Source: Camelus dromedarius (Eukaryota). From it: a stretch of 64,000 bases of DNA. The DNA lies in the NCBI RefSeq assembly GCF_036321535.1, contig NC_087436.1, positions 87,484,001 to 87,548,000 of the forward strand. The letters are read 5' to 3'. The translations under genes were made by a program, and so were the position numbers. The notes beneath the pieces were generated by a model, which was not told the origin of the DNA, searched no databases, and worked only from the letters and a program-made list of their open reading frames with translations. Below are positions 39,686-53,087 of the stretch, in pieces (position 1 is the first letter of the stretch; every line of letters starts with the position of its first letter).

Positions 39686-41029
39686 TGTACATCTTACGTA
39701 CAGTGCCTTTTCAGTCCTCAAGTCAGAAAGCAAACCCTTAAGCCCTTGGGCTTCTAACAAGTTGTGTGCACTCTTCCTTAGCCAGTAATTGGGATGCTTT
39801 CTGTAATATCACACCATATGACAGCAACCATTCATTTGTCCAAGACAGTGAAAATTCTAACCAATCCAGAGAAGTGACCTTTGCACATCTTTCCACTACT
39901 ATTGTTCAGAGATGTTCTCAGGTTTTGAGAATTTCAGATGGTGTAATAAATACTTCTTGCTGTTTATCTTTTGACTTTGGTGACTCCCAGATGAGGCTTG
40001 TCAAAAAAAAAAAAAAAAGATTTAAGGAAAGGAAAAATTATGGACTTTCAACTAAAAGGCTGGATTTAAAATTTTTATTTGGCTGACATCGTGTTTGGCC
40101 TGGGAGGCAAGAATTTCCCCTCAATTCTACTCTAGAATTAAATGTCTTACCATTTTGCCAGATGTCTCAACTTTTCTAACAAGTGTCACTAAGATGATAA
40201 ACTTTTTGGAGTAAGACATAGGACTGGCTGGGAGAGGCCAAAGGGCACAGAGAATCCCATTTCTTCAACGGCATACATTGGTAGCTTGCATTCAGTGCGG
40301 GCTGTTAGCTGAGACTCCCACATACAAGGAACTGGAAATTCATCTTTCTGTCTTGTGGCTCCTGGACACACCAGAGTAGTCACTTCCCTCCGATTCTACA
40401 CTTACATTTCCATTTTTTCCATTTTTATCTCTCTTCCCTCCTCCGTACAATCCTGTTAGAGAATCAAATCTTAAATCAATCCATCTATAACTGGGAAAGA
40501 AAGAGGGGAAGGTACAATTTAATGGCTTGTCTTTTTTCCTAATCTTATATTTTTTCTAAATCTTAAAACACTGTACTTTCACTTAAAAATATATAAATGT
40601 GCCATTTAACCTGTACTATACAATATATATTGTATATTCAAAATAAATAAATATATATATTTTTTTTTTCTGATCTCAGCCATACATACAATGGAACATA
40701 CTGCCTGCTAGTCTCAACATCATTTTTTAAAAGAGGAACAGAAATTTAAAGACACTTCCCTATCAGTTAGAGTATAAAATTTCTGATTTTCTATTACCTT
40801 TTTTCAGCACTTGTCTAGCTGGAACTTATGTAGATATTGTTTATCTTTATATTTAGTTTGTGGCAATGAATATTTTGTGATTTCTATACCAGTGGTCATA
40901 GAATAAATAGAACCATAACAATTTCCATGACTGATTTCATGTGTGATCATGTTTCATTTAACATTTATAATTTTTGTTCTCTCTGGCACACTGAGAAAAG
41001 CATACTACAAAATGAGGAGGAAATTCAGA

Positions 41030-41527
41030 TAAAAACTTGTACACAAATGTTCATAGCAGCACTGTTAAAAAATAGCCAAAAGGTGAAATGTACCCAAATA
41101 TCCATCCACCAGTGAATGGATAAGCAAAATGTGGCATGGCTACACAAAGGAGTATTATTCAGCCATAAAAAGGAATTAAATACTAATACATACTATAACA
41201 TGGATGACCCTCAAAAATACTGTACTAAACAAAAGAAATGAGACACAAAAGGTCACGTACTGTAAGATTCCATTTAAAGGATATATCCAAACTAGATAAA
41301 GACTTGGAGACAGAAAGCAGATTAGCAGTTGTCAGGGGTTTAGAGGGAGGGGGATGTGGGAGAGACTGCTTAATGGGTACAGGGTTTCCTTTCAGGATGT
41401 AAAATATTATGGAACTAGACAGAGGTGGCAGTCGCACAATATTGTGAATATACTAAATGCCACTGAGCTGTACACATTTAAATGGTTAACTTAAGGTTAT
41501 GTGAATTTTAACTCAAGAAAGAAAAAA
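41030..41527 (+). mobile_element. L1MB-like 3' end
   Basis: aaaacttgtacacaaatgttcatagcagc...gactgcttaatgggtacagggtttc...aaatgccactga. Confidence 0.88.
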
Positions 41528-42343
41528 TAGGAGAGGGACTAGGTCCCAAGAACTTGCAACCCCCACACACATGCGCACACACACATACACTCACATGGTG
41601 CACGTGCATGTGCGTGCGTGAGTGAAGCAAGTGACCTAGGACTTTCTTAGCGATGGGTCCTTCTGTCTTCCCAGAGGTTACTGCACAATTACTCCTTCTT
41701 CCTATACCAAGAGGCCTACTGATCTCTCAAATACTTAGCACCGTTGTAACCATCTTATGATGGTCAATTTCTCCAACCCAGATTAAATTCCATTCACCTT
41801 GCCTCAAAGTCTGCACCAACGGGACTGCCAGGTTCCATCCTTGATTGGATATTTGGGACACTCTCCTGAGATGACCCAAAGAGGTATCCCTGGACCATTC
41901 ACCACTCCATGAGAGTGAATAGGGACGTGAGCTACATCCCCTTCCTCCCTTGCCTCCACTGACGGGCATTATTTTCTTGTCTGAGCACAGATCTGCTCCA
42001 TCTGGAGATAAATGCACCAACTGCTTCTCCCAAAACATAGACATCATAAACAGCCCTGCTGGCGTAGCACATGTTAGCCACACTGCCACGCCTAAAATAT
42101 GTATCTCAGGATGGGACAGGCTCAACATGCTGACTGAGGCTTCCAGAAGTTCCACAAGAAGAGGAAGAGAAACAGCTCCGATGGGACAGCCGAGCTCTGA
42201 ACAGGAGATTCCCCCATCTTATCTCGGGGAGCTGTACATAAAGCAGACGCAGCCCTGGCAGCCCATCACGAGAGGCGGTAAGCCTAGGAGGGGAGGACTG
42301 AGGCTAACAGAAAGCAAATGTCTGCTTTGGCAATGTCCACAGC

Positions 42344-42351
42344 TGACGTCA
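42344..42351. promoter_or_regulatory. Full palindromic CRE (TGACGTCA)
   Basis: cTGACGTCAg in apparently unique sequence; function unproven. Confidence 0.3.
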
Positions 42352-42613
42352 GTGTACTTTCCTCTCCATTGTTAATGAAAAGAAAGTTATAACAAGACAG
42401 CTCTGTGGAACACGCTAAATACAAAAATGTTTCATTTGACTTTGATCGTTTGTGCTTCCTGTGATAAGCCGCATATGGCTGAAACCTTAGTGTGTGACTG
42501 TAGTAAATTATCAATTTAAACATCTTTTCCACAGAAGTTTACTGCTGGGGAAGAAAATGTCAAAGGACTAAGACAAAAAGAATGACTCCAGCAAAGCCAC
42601 AAAAATATGTTTA

Positions 42614-42745
42614 GGGGGAGTGTATAGCTCAGTGGTAGAGCCCATGCTTAGTGTGCGCAGGGTCCTGGGTTCAATCCCCCGTACATCCAGTAAATAAATA
42701 AACCTAATTACCCCTCCCCCAAAAAAGTTAAAATAAAAAAATGTT
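42614..42745 (+). mobile_element. Vic-1-like tRNA-derived SINE
   Basis: GGGGGAGTGTATAGCTCAGTGGTAGAG (A box)...GGTTCAATCCC (B box)...AAACCTAATTACCCC plus A-tail. Confidence 0.92.
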
Positions 42746-43189
42746 AAATATATGCTTGAATGTACATAATAAGCTTGATTCCATTTGTAACCCTAGTGTC
42801 TCCAAATTCCCCAGGTTTCTGGTGTTACCATTTAACATCCAAATGAAATGGCTGGAACCCCTATCCCCTGTGCTGTGGGAAAGACTCCAACCTGTGCCAG
42901 GAATTGCTGGGGAAGCAGGGGACATTCTTGTCCCCCTGTCCAGTCTAGGCTGAGCCTTCTTTCCATCCATAACATTCATCTTAACAGATGTCAACCCCTC
43001 TTTCTGGCCTATTTCATACCATGCTGAACACCACTCAATCCACTTTATTCCCGCAAAGAATCAAGAACTCAAGGTTGCTATACATTTTGACTAAAAGCTG
43101 AGGAAACAGAAGTTGGGATTTACAACACAGTATGGTAAAAAGCAACAATTAAAACTATATATTAGATATTCCTAGGTCAGACCCTAGGG

Positions 43190-43600
43190 TCAAACCCAGT
43201 GTCATGAAGTTTTCCCCCTATGTTTTATTCTAAAAGTTTCATAGTTTTGGCTCCAATGTTTAGGTCTTTGATTCATTTTGAATTGATTTTTGTATACAGT
43301 GTTAGGTAAGGGTTCATCTTCACTCTTTTGCATGTGGAGATCCGGTTTTTGCTGTATCATTTGTTGAAAAGACTTCTTTTTCCCTACTGAATGGTCTTGA
43401 CTCCCTCGTTAAAAATCATTTGACCTTATACGTGAGAGTTTATTCCTAAGCTCTCTAACTTTGTTTTCATTTTTCAAGATTATTTTGGCTATTTGGGCTC
43501 TCTTCAGATTCCATATAAATTTTAAGCTGAGTTTTTCTACTTCTGCAAAAATTATCATTGGGATTTTGATAAGGATTGCATTGGCCTGCAGATCTCTCTA
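43190..43600 (-). mobile_element. Old L1 ORF2 fragment
   Basis: tttaggtctttgattcattttgaattgatttttgtata...gattccatataaattttaag. Confidence 0.82.
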
Positions 43601-46217
43601 GGAGGTACATCCCTGTATAAGTTGGAATGCTGTGGGCTGCAAGTACAGAAGCCCCATCTCAAATTCCAGAGATAGGGTAGACCCAGGTGTGGGAAAACCA
43701 GGCTCCCTTTGCTCCAGAGGTCCCTTAATTCTTCCCTTGTGTCCACTGGTGTGTAGGTTCACTTCCCTCACAGTCACAAGACAGGGGCCAAGAGCAATGG
43801 GACAACATGCTTCCTCCTTCACATCCAACAAGTCGGAGAGAAAACACTTTCTCCAGCCACAGAGGAAAATTCCTTCCTTATAATCAAATTGCACAATTTT
43901 AGGCTAACTGTACACCCAATGACCAATAATAGTAAAGACAAACATTGATTGTCTCAATTCCTGAACCAGTCACAGGCAAGAAGTAGAATTACTGTAACTG
44001 GTTTACAATAATAAGGTTTTACCATTACAGAAAGGGGCAGGGTCAGCTTTTTGAGCTGTGCAGGGAAAGAGGGGCTGCCTAATCCAAATTGGAATTACAT
44101 TTGAGGGAAAGAGATGACGGATACCAGGTAGGTAACCAGTAGTGTCCCCTACTAGGGATCTTTGTAAGTGAGGTAGGAGTGTGTGAATAATAACAGATTT
44201 GTTCCCCTTAGCTGGAACAAATCTGGGAAGATTGTGGGAGCATACTGCTGTGGAATCAAAGGAGATTTTATTTAGCAAAAACAATAAAATATGTAAAAAT
44301 ATTAAGGAATCTTTAAACAGATCAAGCAAGCTCCAAAACCAGGAATTCAAACCAACAAGTAGAACAAAGTTTATGCCTTAAACTTGAGAAATAATATTTT
44401 GTTTAATCAGTATGGAGGTGTCTGATGATAGTAACAACAATGAATTTGTGTAAACTGTGGACAATAACGAATTTGCAGTTTTTCAAAACTATATTCTAAT
44501 CTATGTTCTCATTTGATCATGCTTAAGTGTGCTACAGCTAAGGGAATCACTGTCCATTTAATTTTGAAATTTTTTCATTTTCATTGGTTAAGCAACCAAG
44601 ATTTTATGGAAATACTCAGCTTCCTCAAGGGCATTCCGACTTCAAGAGGCTGGTTAGGACTGCCCTGAGAGCTACAAATGAAGGAGCACTGGCTGCTCAT
44701 TGCAGTCTGAAAAAAAGGAGAAAAATCAACCATTTTTATAGTTCTTCCTAGAGGAATCCAATGGAAACTAAATAATAATCTTATGGAAGCACCAATAACA
44801 ATTTTTCCTCTTCGTGAAATAGTTGCCGCTTCTAAAATTTGGAGAAAAGTCATAAAATAGTTTTTAATTAATTTTATTTCAAAATATAATGCAATCATTC
44901 TAAAATATTTTTAAATCACTGACTTCAAAGATAGCCAGGCCAGTGTTTTACTGTTAGCAACAAAATCAGATTAAAATACATCAGAAGCATGCAACTGAAC
45001 AGAAATTGGTTATGAATACGATGCCACTGAAAACAGTAACCTCAGAGTCCTCCTGTGGAAAAAGTCCATGGCTCAACAGCTATGTCTATTTTCAATACGC
45101 CTGCCATTCAGTTTGTCACTGTGAAATTCTTAGAATCCTCATTTATTGTCTTCAAACTATAGTAGACCCCTTTAGAATGCTTATTATACCTGTTGAAAGA
45201 TATTTATAGTAAAGCAGGTCAAAAATTTCGATTCAAAAAGTCAAAAAGTACCATGGATTTGGAATAGCCTAAGACAAGTTAGAGTACCTAGAGTTTGTGG
45301 AATAGTTCTCTAAGTTAACTTAGACTGGTGAACACTGTGAGCAAATTAAAATTTCCACACTTGAAAGGATTATTACAGCTGAGGAAGGGGCTATAATAAT
45401 CTTAGGGAGGACATTTCACAGTTTATGTTTTACTTCAATTATCTCTTTGCTTCCTGTGGAGGTTTGATTTATTACTGCTGTCAAGAAAACTCCTCAGTTT
45501 CCAGTAAGAAGCTGAAGGAAGGCTGAGACGCCCACATCCCAGATGTCCAAGTTTCCAGACACATTGCATCTGTGGAAAGATGAGTGATAAAGTTTTGGTT
45601 TCCAATTTTAGTTGAAGAATCTCAAGCTCTCCATTTTTCTATCCATCTAGTAGTTATATCCCTTTTGACCTTTATATTTTAAAGTGAAAACTCCAGGAAT
45701 ATCATAAACCAATGAGCCAAAGACTTTATTTGAAGAAATAAAATTCTTTTTTTGAAGTATCATTCTACACATAATAACAATCCCCAAATCCCTATGAAGC
45801 AGATTCAGTTAAATAATCCAAATCTCAAATAACCTAAAACCTCAAGAAATACAGACCAGAGAGGGAAAGACAGATACCCTGGGAAGCAAATCTATATTCA
45901 AGACATTTCAGTCTGAAGCATTCTGGCTAATAAAGTCTCAGAGGCTTATTGAGAAGACTTTATACCTACTAATGATGGCCATCAAGGTTCCAGAAGGTCT
46001 ACTGTTTTGCATTTTGTCACAAGTTTTCAGATTTATATGTATTCTTGGGAATAGTGAGTCTCAGTCTTAGTTTGGGGGTCATTTCGGAGACTATACTTGG
46101 AGACCAATAAATATGGAACCTGGGGGATTTATAAGTGATTTCGGGCTCTCTGTGTGCCTGTAGTGGACACTGTTAGCTCCCTACACAGAATCTTTTCCTC
46201 CTTCTTTGCTCTTACCA

Positions 46218-46700
46218 ACTTAGATTGAGCTCCCCCAGTAGCAGACCCTGAGGCAAGGATTTGGGACAAGGAGTGTGTTTGACAGAGGATTCGAGGAAAC
46301 ATTGGTAGGAGTCTGTGAGTGAGGAAGAGATGCAGGAAGGGAAAGAAGTCAATATAGAGTGTGTTGATGAGCAGATTATCACTGTGGGCAACTGGAGTTC
46401 AGTACCCCTGGGGACCTAAAGGAGGTGGATGGAACATCCCGCAGGGTATTCCCACCAAGGGGCAATGCCAATTCTCATCCATCACTGACCAAGTGCTGCT
46501 TGCAGAAATATCAGTTTATCAGCACTTTTAAGTCAGCCCCACATGCAAGCCAAGAAAGTTCTTGTGAAATCCCTCAGAGAAACAAAATCCCAGAGAGAGA
46601 GAGAATAAGAGACACTTGCACTAGGAAGTTACCAATGTACATCAGATGTACATCAGAAATGGTGCCTAACAAGATGAGGTCAGGTACCAACCAGCTCTGC
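46218..46700. mobile_element. ERVL LTR (LTR16-like)
   Basis: gcagaccctgaggcaaggatttg...cactgtgggcaactggagttca. Confidence 0.65.
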
Positions 46701-46749
46701 TACACTAAACAAACACCAATCCACTTCTCCCAAGAAAGTTACTGCCTCA

Positions 46750-47195
46750 TGAGGCACCTGCAGCTCCAAGGATGATCTAGACTGATTAAAAAAGAAAAGT
46801 CTCATTCAAAATTTACAATGATTTCAGAAATAGACACACAAATTATGTCTGTCAATTAAGGTATGATCAGGAGTGGGATTCTGGGGAAAGACTCTTTCTT
46901 CTAAAACAGAATGTTAAAAATACATTGTCTTTCTTTTTCCTGGGACATTGACATGTCTGGAGGTGAGTGCTGGAGCTGCTGCAGCCATCTTGCCACCTGA
47001 TAGAGGAGGAAGCCAGCACTGAGGAGAGATGGAAAGAATCTGTTTCCTGATATCGTTGAGCACATGAATCACCCAAACCTGAATCCCTTCTCACTTCTGT
47101 ACATATTATTAATGAGATATTGTATCTCTTTATATTTAAGCCAATGTGTTTTAAGTTTTCTGTTACTTGCAGCTTAAAGAATCCTTAGCAGCACT
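46750..47195 (+). mobile_element. Old MaLR LTR (MLT1J/K-like)
   Basis: ctggagctgctgcagccatcttgccacc...ttttctgttacttgcagc. Confidence 0.7.
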
Positions 47196-48352
47196 ATCTG
47201 TAGACTGAACAGGTAATATGAATTACTCATATAACTTCTACTATTTCGAGTGCTATTGTGATTGAAAAATATTCATTCACAACTGTTACTAATGTATTGA
47301 TGACATGTATCCCATTTACTTCCTCAAACAGGTGATAATAAAAATACCACCATGTGTAAAGGGTTCATGTACATTTTTCATCTAAAGAAAGATCTTTGTA
47401 CTTGAAGAAATAAAAAACCATGACTGAAGATAATGAGAAATATGCTATTTTGTGATTACAAAAGACCAACCCATTATTAACACTTACATAGACTTTATCA
47501 TTTATAAAGCATTTTCATATCCGTGCTCTCATTGGCTTTTACAGCAAAATTGTAAAGAAGTTTAAGCAAGTATTTTCTTTTACCATTGCCAAGTTACACA
47601 TGAGAAAACTGGGGCTCCAAGATGGTAAGTGACCTGTTCACAGTCTTATATCTATTAGGAACTTACTCACTCCAAGTCTCAAACCCAGCCCCTCTGAATA
47701 CAAGTACCAAACTGTCTTCTTAGCTGTGAAGCCTGATAGTCAGTGAAACCTTATGCATTCAATCCTCTGTCTGCACTGCTCCAAAAAATCACACACCGCT
47801 TGTAGGTAACACGGATGAGATCCTATTAAGAAATAAAACACCTGAATAGAATCACGCAGCACAAATGAATTTCCCAGCACTTCTGGTAAGCAATTATGCT
47901 TAAAAGGGCTGCTTTGAGGAACACTGGAGTGTTCAACAGCCATCAGCTTGCTTTATGGGAATCATATACAGAGGGGGGAAATTCATGAAATTTTCAAATA
48001 AGTAAAAAAGTTACACTTAAAGAGGGATTCTTTTCCTTGATTTGGGCTCACCCTGGGCTTACATTTCTGCATTGTTCTCTAACACTTTATTTGGTTTTAT
48101 TTTCATTTTATAATTCAAAGAATAATAGTTGCTTAAAACACACAATGTGGAAAATAAAAGAAGTCATCTTTGGGTTTTTTTAATGCTTAGAATAAGATAG
48201 AAGAAATGAACAAATGAAAGCACAGAGCATACTCCTGGATAGGAAAACCATGTTATTAAGAAGTCAATTCTCATTAAGTTAATATATAAATGTAATGTAA
48301 TTTCCATTGAAATCTCAGTGGGATTGATTTTTGTCAAAATAATTCATAAGTT

Positions 48353-48850
48353 TGTATCAGTCAGGATTCAGTTGAGTTCTGAGTAATAGACAATCCCAAA
48401 ATAAGAGAGGCAAAAGCAAAATTAAAGCCTATTTCTCTCTCAAGTAAGCACAGCCCAGGGGTAAGAGGTGTAGGGCTGAACTAGCCCTTCTTGAAACTGG
48501 GAACTTGGCTCTTTTCATCTTGTTGCTCTGCTGTTCCCAGCACATGGCTTCCACCTCTGGTCCAAGATGGCGGCTCAAGCTCCAACAGTGATGTCTGCAG
48601 GAGGAGAAGGGAAGAGCACAGGAGAAGGGTGTGTTTCCTTTCCTTCAGAACTCTTCCCAGAAGTTGAACGCATCACTTCTACTTCAAATCCATTGGCCAG
48701 ATATCAGTCATACAGCCACACTTAACTTCCAGGAGAGTTTGGAACTAGAGTCATTGTTCTTGGCAGCAGGTACTCACCTAAAAAACTGAGGGTGTTATTA
48801 GTATAAAAGAAGGAGAGAATGGGTTTGGAAGGACTCCAAGCAATGTTTAT
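48353..48850 (-). mobile_element. MLT1J-like LTR nested in an ancient L1 (about 48190-49182, +)
   Basis: ccaagatggcggctcaagctcc; ccattggccaga..agtcatacagccacac; flanks resemble ancient L1 ORF2. Confidence 0.72.
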
Positions 48851-49200
48851 CATATCATTTGCCTTCTATATGTTAAATAGCTACAATTATTAAATTATAC
48901 TTAATCTAGAATTAAATAACACATACATAGATCAAAATATAAAGCTCAAGAATATGTAAGAATTCAGTGTAAGATAAAAAAAGGGCTGAAAATTTGGGGT
49001 TGGAGAAAGACTTAAAAGTATGATATCAATGTCAGAAACAAGAAAAACTACTGGCTTTGACAGAATAAAAATTTTAATCCAAAATTTCTGTATAGCTAAA
49101 AAGCCTACAATATAAAAATAAAACAAAATGAAATTAAAATCCAGAAGGAAAATCCCAACATATGGAATGGGGAAAAAGGGGGTTACAACTTTTAATTTTT

Positions 49201-49405
49201 TTTAATTTTTTTTATTTTTAATGTATTTTTATTGAAGTATAGTCAGTTTACAATGTTGTGTCAATTTCTGGTGTATAGCACAACACTTCAGTCATACATG
49301 AACATACACATATTTGTTTTCATATTCTTTTTCTCCATAAGTTACTACAAGATATTGTATGTAGTTGCCCATGTAATACAGTATAAACTTGTTGTTTATC
49401 TATTT
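49201..49405 (-). mobile_element. Intermediate-age L1 3' end plus tail, probably carried as 3'-transduced cargo
   Basis: ttattgaagtatagtcagtttacaatgttgtgtcaatttctgg...ttgtttatctattt; lies inside the TSD pair of the adjacent young L1. Confidence 0.85.
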
Positions 49406-49464
49406 ATGAACATATTTTAAACTGAATTTTTGAGTCCTTCATTTCTGCTATTAAAATAAGCATA

Positions 49465-50608
49465 TTTTTTATTTTTTTTAACCTTTTTTATTCATTTATG
49501 ATCATTTTACAATGTTGTGTCAAATTCCAGTGTTCAGCACAATTTTTCAGTCATTCATGGACATATACACACTCATTGTCGCATTTTTTTCTCTGTGAGT
49601 TATCATAACATTTTGTGTATATTTCCCTGTGCTATACAGTGTAGTCTTGTTTATCTATTCTACAATTTTGAAATCCCAGTCTATCCCTTCCCACCCTCCA
49701 CTCGCCTGGTAACCACAAGTCTGTATTCTCTGTCTGTGAGTCCATTTCTGTCCTGTATTTACACTTTGTTTTTGTTTGTTTGTTTGTTTTTGTTTTTGTT
49801 TTTTAGATTCCACATATGAGCGATCTCATATGGTATTTTTCTTTCTCTTTCTGGCTTACTTCACTTAGAATGACATTCTCCAGGAGCATCCATGTTGCTG
49901 CAAATGGCATTATGTTGTCGGTTTTTATGGCTGAGTAGTATTCCATTGTATAAATATACCACCTCTTCTTTATCCAGTCACCTGTTGATGGACATTTAGG
50001 CTGTTTCCATGTTTTGGCTATTGTAACTAGTGCTGCTATGAACAATGGGGTGCAGGTGTCATCCTGAAGTAGATTTCCTTCTGGATACAAGCCCAGGAGT
50101 GGGATTCCTGGGTCATATGGTAAGTCTATTCCTAGTCTTTTGAGGAATCTCCACACTGTTTTCCATAGTGGCTGCACCAAACTGCATTCCCACCAGCAGT
50201 GTAGGAGGGTTCCCCTTTCTCCACAGCCTCTCCAGCATTTGTCATTTGTGGATTTTTGAATGACGGCCATTCTGACTGGTGTGAGGTGAAACCTCATTGT
50301 AGTTTTGATTTGCATTTCTCTGATAATTAGTGATATTGAGCATTTTTTCATGTGCTTTTTGATCATTTGTATGTCTTCCTTGGAGAATTGCTTGTTTAGG
50401 TCTTCTGCCCATTTTTGGATTGGGCTGTTTATTTTTTTCTTATTGAGTCGTATGAGCTGCTTATATATTCTGGAGAGCAAGCCTTTGTCGGTTTCACTTG
50501 CAAAAATTTTCTCCCATTCCGTAGGTTTTCTTCTTGTTTTATTTCTGGTTTCCTTTGCTGTGCAGAAGCTTGTAAGTTTCATTAGGTCCCATTTGTTTAT
50601 TCTTGCTT
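49465..50608 (-). mobile_element. Young 5'-truncated L1 (ORF2 C-terminal 259 aa including CCHC region, plus 3'UTR)
   Basis: ORF 49803-50582 is almost identical to the end of 62106-63797 ([18 protein letters not shown]). Confidence 0.97.
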
Positions 50609-50659
50609 TTACAACTTTTAATTTTTAAAGAGCCTTTATAGACTAGTGATGGCTGACCT

Positions 50660-52035
50660 CCACTTCCAGCATAGATGGAGTAACAGGGACCAGATTCACT
50701 CTCCCACATGAAACGACTAAAAACCGGGACAGATACATGACACAGCAGTTTTCAAGACACTGGACATCAGGACAGTGACCCCCAGGAGACAAGAAACAAC
50801 AAAGGTAAGCTCTAAAGTTGCCCAGATCACTCTTTTGATAGAGTTTCCAGGCTGCAGCAAGGTGGCAGGAAACCCAGGGGAACCCAGCAGATATCCTGGG
50901 TGAAGGAGACAGAGATGGGAGACCAGGAAGACCAAGGAAGCTAGACTTCACAGGGCAGGGGACCTGAGAAAAGAAAGGTACACAGAGGAGCCCAGAGATA
51001 TGTGGAACTTCCCCCTCAAGTATTCAGCAGAGTACTGATCGGCGTATGTGTTTGAGGAAAGCACCTCTAAGGCAACCCGAAAGGATTCAAGGGAACAGTA
51101 TCCAGCCTCACAGAGGCAAGTAGTAGCTAGACTGGAAAATTCTCATAATTCATGGAGCACTGGGTGGAGTTATCCAAAGGGTCTTGCCTCCATAGTGATA
51201 AATAATGAACCTAGAATAAAGGATGCTTTTGTTCCTCCTAACAAATCTTATAAGTAAGACCAAAAGGATCGAACTGTTTCCAATTACCTGAACTGTCCCT
51301 CAAAAGAGTTCACAGGACTATAAAAATATCCAGCACTGAATGAGTTAAAATCTACACTGGCATCTAGTAAAATGGCTAAATATGCAAAGAAGCAGAAAAA
51401 CATTACCCATGGTGATGAAAAAGAAATCAATCACTCAAAACTGACTCAGAACTGACTACAGATGTACAAATTAGCAGGCACATACATTAAAACAATTATT
51501 AGAACTGTATTCTATATGTTCAAAAGCCCGAGGAAAGACAGAGTGTGTTAAGTGGTGATATGGAAGATAATTTTATAAAATCAATATTCTAGAGATGAAA
51601 ACTAAAATGTCTGAGACAGAAAATACACTGGTTGGGATTAATGGCACATTAAACATTGCAGAAGAAAATATTAGCAACTGTGGAGACGCTACCCAAAATG
51701 AAAACTTTAAACCCACCAATCCAAAGCTCAATGACCATCAAGCACAATAAAGAAGACTATGGGGGGAAGGTGTAACTCGGGGTAGAGTGCATGCCTAGCA
51801 TGCATGAGGTCCTGGGTTCAATCCACAATATCTCCATCAAAAAATAAGTAAACAAACTTAATTACCTACCACCCCAACAACAAAAAAAAAAGGTTTTAAT
51901 TAAAAAGGGATACAACTTTTTAAAAATCAAAAGGAAGCAACAAAAATCATTATGAAAAAGAAAGAAAACTATACCAAGACATATCATAATAAAATTACTT
52001 AAGACCAATGGCAAAGAGAAAATCTAAAAAATTAA
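50660..52035 (+). mobile_element. Old L1 5'UTR plus degenerate ORF1
   Basis: acttccagcatagatggagtaacagg start; ccaagacatatcataataaaattacttaagacc...aaagagaaaatc resembles ORF1 PRHIIIKLLK..KEKI. Confidence 0.75.
51761..51960 (+). mobile_element. Vic-1-like SINE with extended tail, inserted in old L1 ORF1
   Basis: tRNA-like head; TSD AAAGAAGACTAT (51749-51760) / AAAGAAAACTAT (51961-51972). Confidence 0.9.
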
Positions 52036-53087
52036 GAAAATCTCAGCAGACCTGATCCTTCAGTGTGGCACCCAAAGGCATCTGGTTCTCAGCCTGGCAG
52101 ACTTAAAAAGCTGACTCTGCTTGTGCCTCACGTGCTGGGAACCAGAGAGCATGAATGACATTAGCTAAGCTTCCGTGAGACCTTTACATACTAAATGCTC
52201 AGAGCAGAGCATCTTGTGTGGTTCATTCTGAATAAGCATTGATAGATGCATGCTCATTAGGAGCAAGTCTTTAATGTGGGCTGATCTTGAGTTTATATTT
52301 TTTCATAATCTAGATCCAGTTTTATATTTAGATACAGGAATGCTTTAGTCACTTTTTAGATAATATTTCTTTCACTTGCAGTTCCTGAAGAGTCACTAGG
52401 AAGAGCCAGTGGCAAGGATAGCAAATATGGACTTGATACAGACGTGTGACATGTGTCTCCATCCCTTCAATGTAATAAGCCCCTCCAAAGCCCCTCCTTT
52501 CCCCTTTAGGAAGGATGATGGGTTTCAGCAGTATCTGGAGTGGAAGAGTTTTCTTTTCTTCCAGCGATGCCAAAAGAAATACATGGCAGATGCCCCCAGA
52601 GGCTCAGGTGTTGCCATAAGAACCTCTCTCCGTGCCCGAGGCAGCAGCTCAATTGACTTTGGCCTGAACATGGGCTCTGGATGTGGGTCAGGGATCCAGG
52701 AGAGAGCCCACACCCTCTGGCTGCAAGCAACTTCACCAGGCCCAGAAGAGGCGACCTGCCAGTTCTCTCCTACTGGGGGCCACACTGCTACTCTACCCCT
52801 TGCTGAGGCTCTCCTTCCTCAGCCTCCAGCCAAGGTGGAGAAAGGAAAAGAAAAACAAAGAAAGCGGCCCAGAAGGGCCTCCCCAGGAGTAAGAACCACA
52901 TGCACTCCTGTTCACATGAGTTGGAAAGATGCTCTCCTTTCTCCCTTGTTAACCACAGAGTCCAAGAACAACCTACGAACACATTTACAAATATTTTCCT
53001 TTGGCTTCCAGTCTCTCATAGGCTCTGTTGATTTCTGGTTAAGAGTAGAGCCCCAAATCCAAGCACTAGCTGCTTCACTTCAATTTT

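Noticed and set aside
41727..42375. Overlapping 142-aa and 141-aa ORFs on opposite strands
   Set aside because: No recognisable homology and non-ATG starts.
42614..42690. tRNA-like sequence with A and B boxes
   Set aside because: It continues into a SINE body and A-tail and has four more diverged copies in the window, so it is a SINE head rather than a tRNA gene.
47797..47822. Possible 26-nt minus-strand micro-exon (DLIRVTYK)
   Set aside because: The donor (GTGTGT) is weak, the segment is too short to assess, and no gene model links it.
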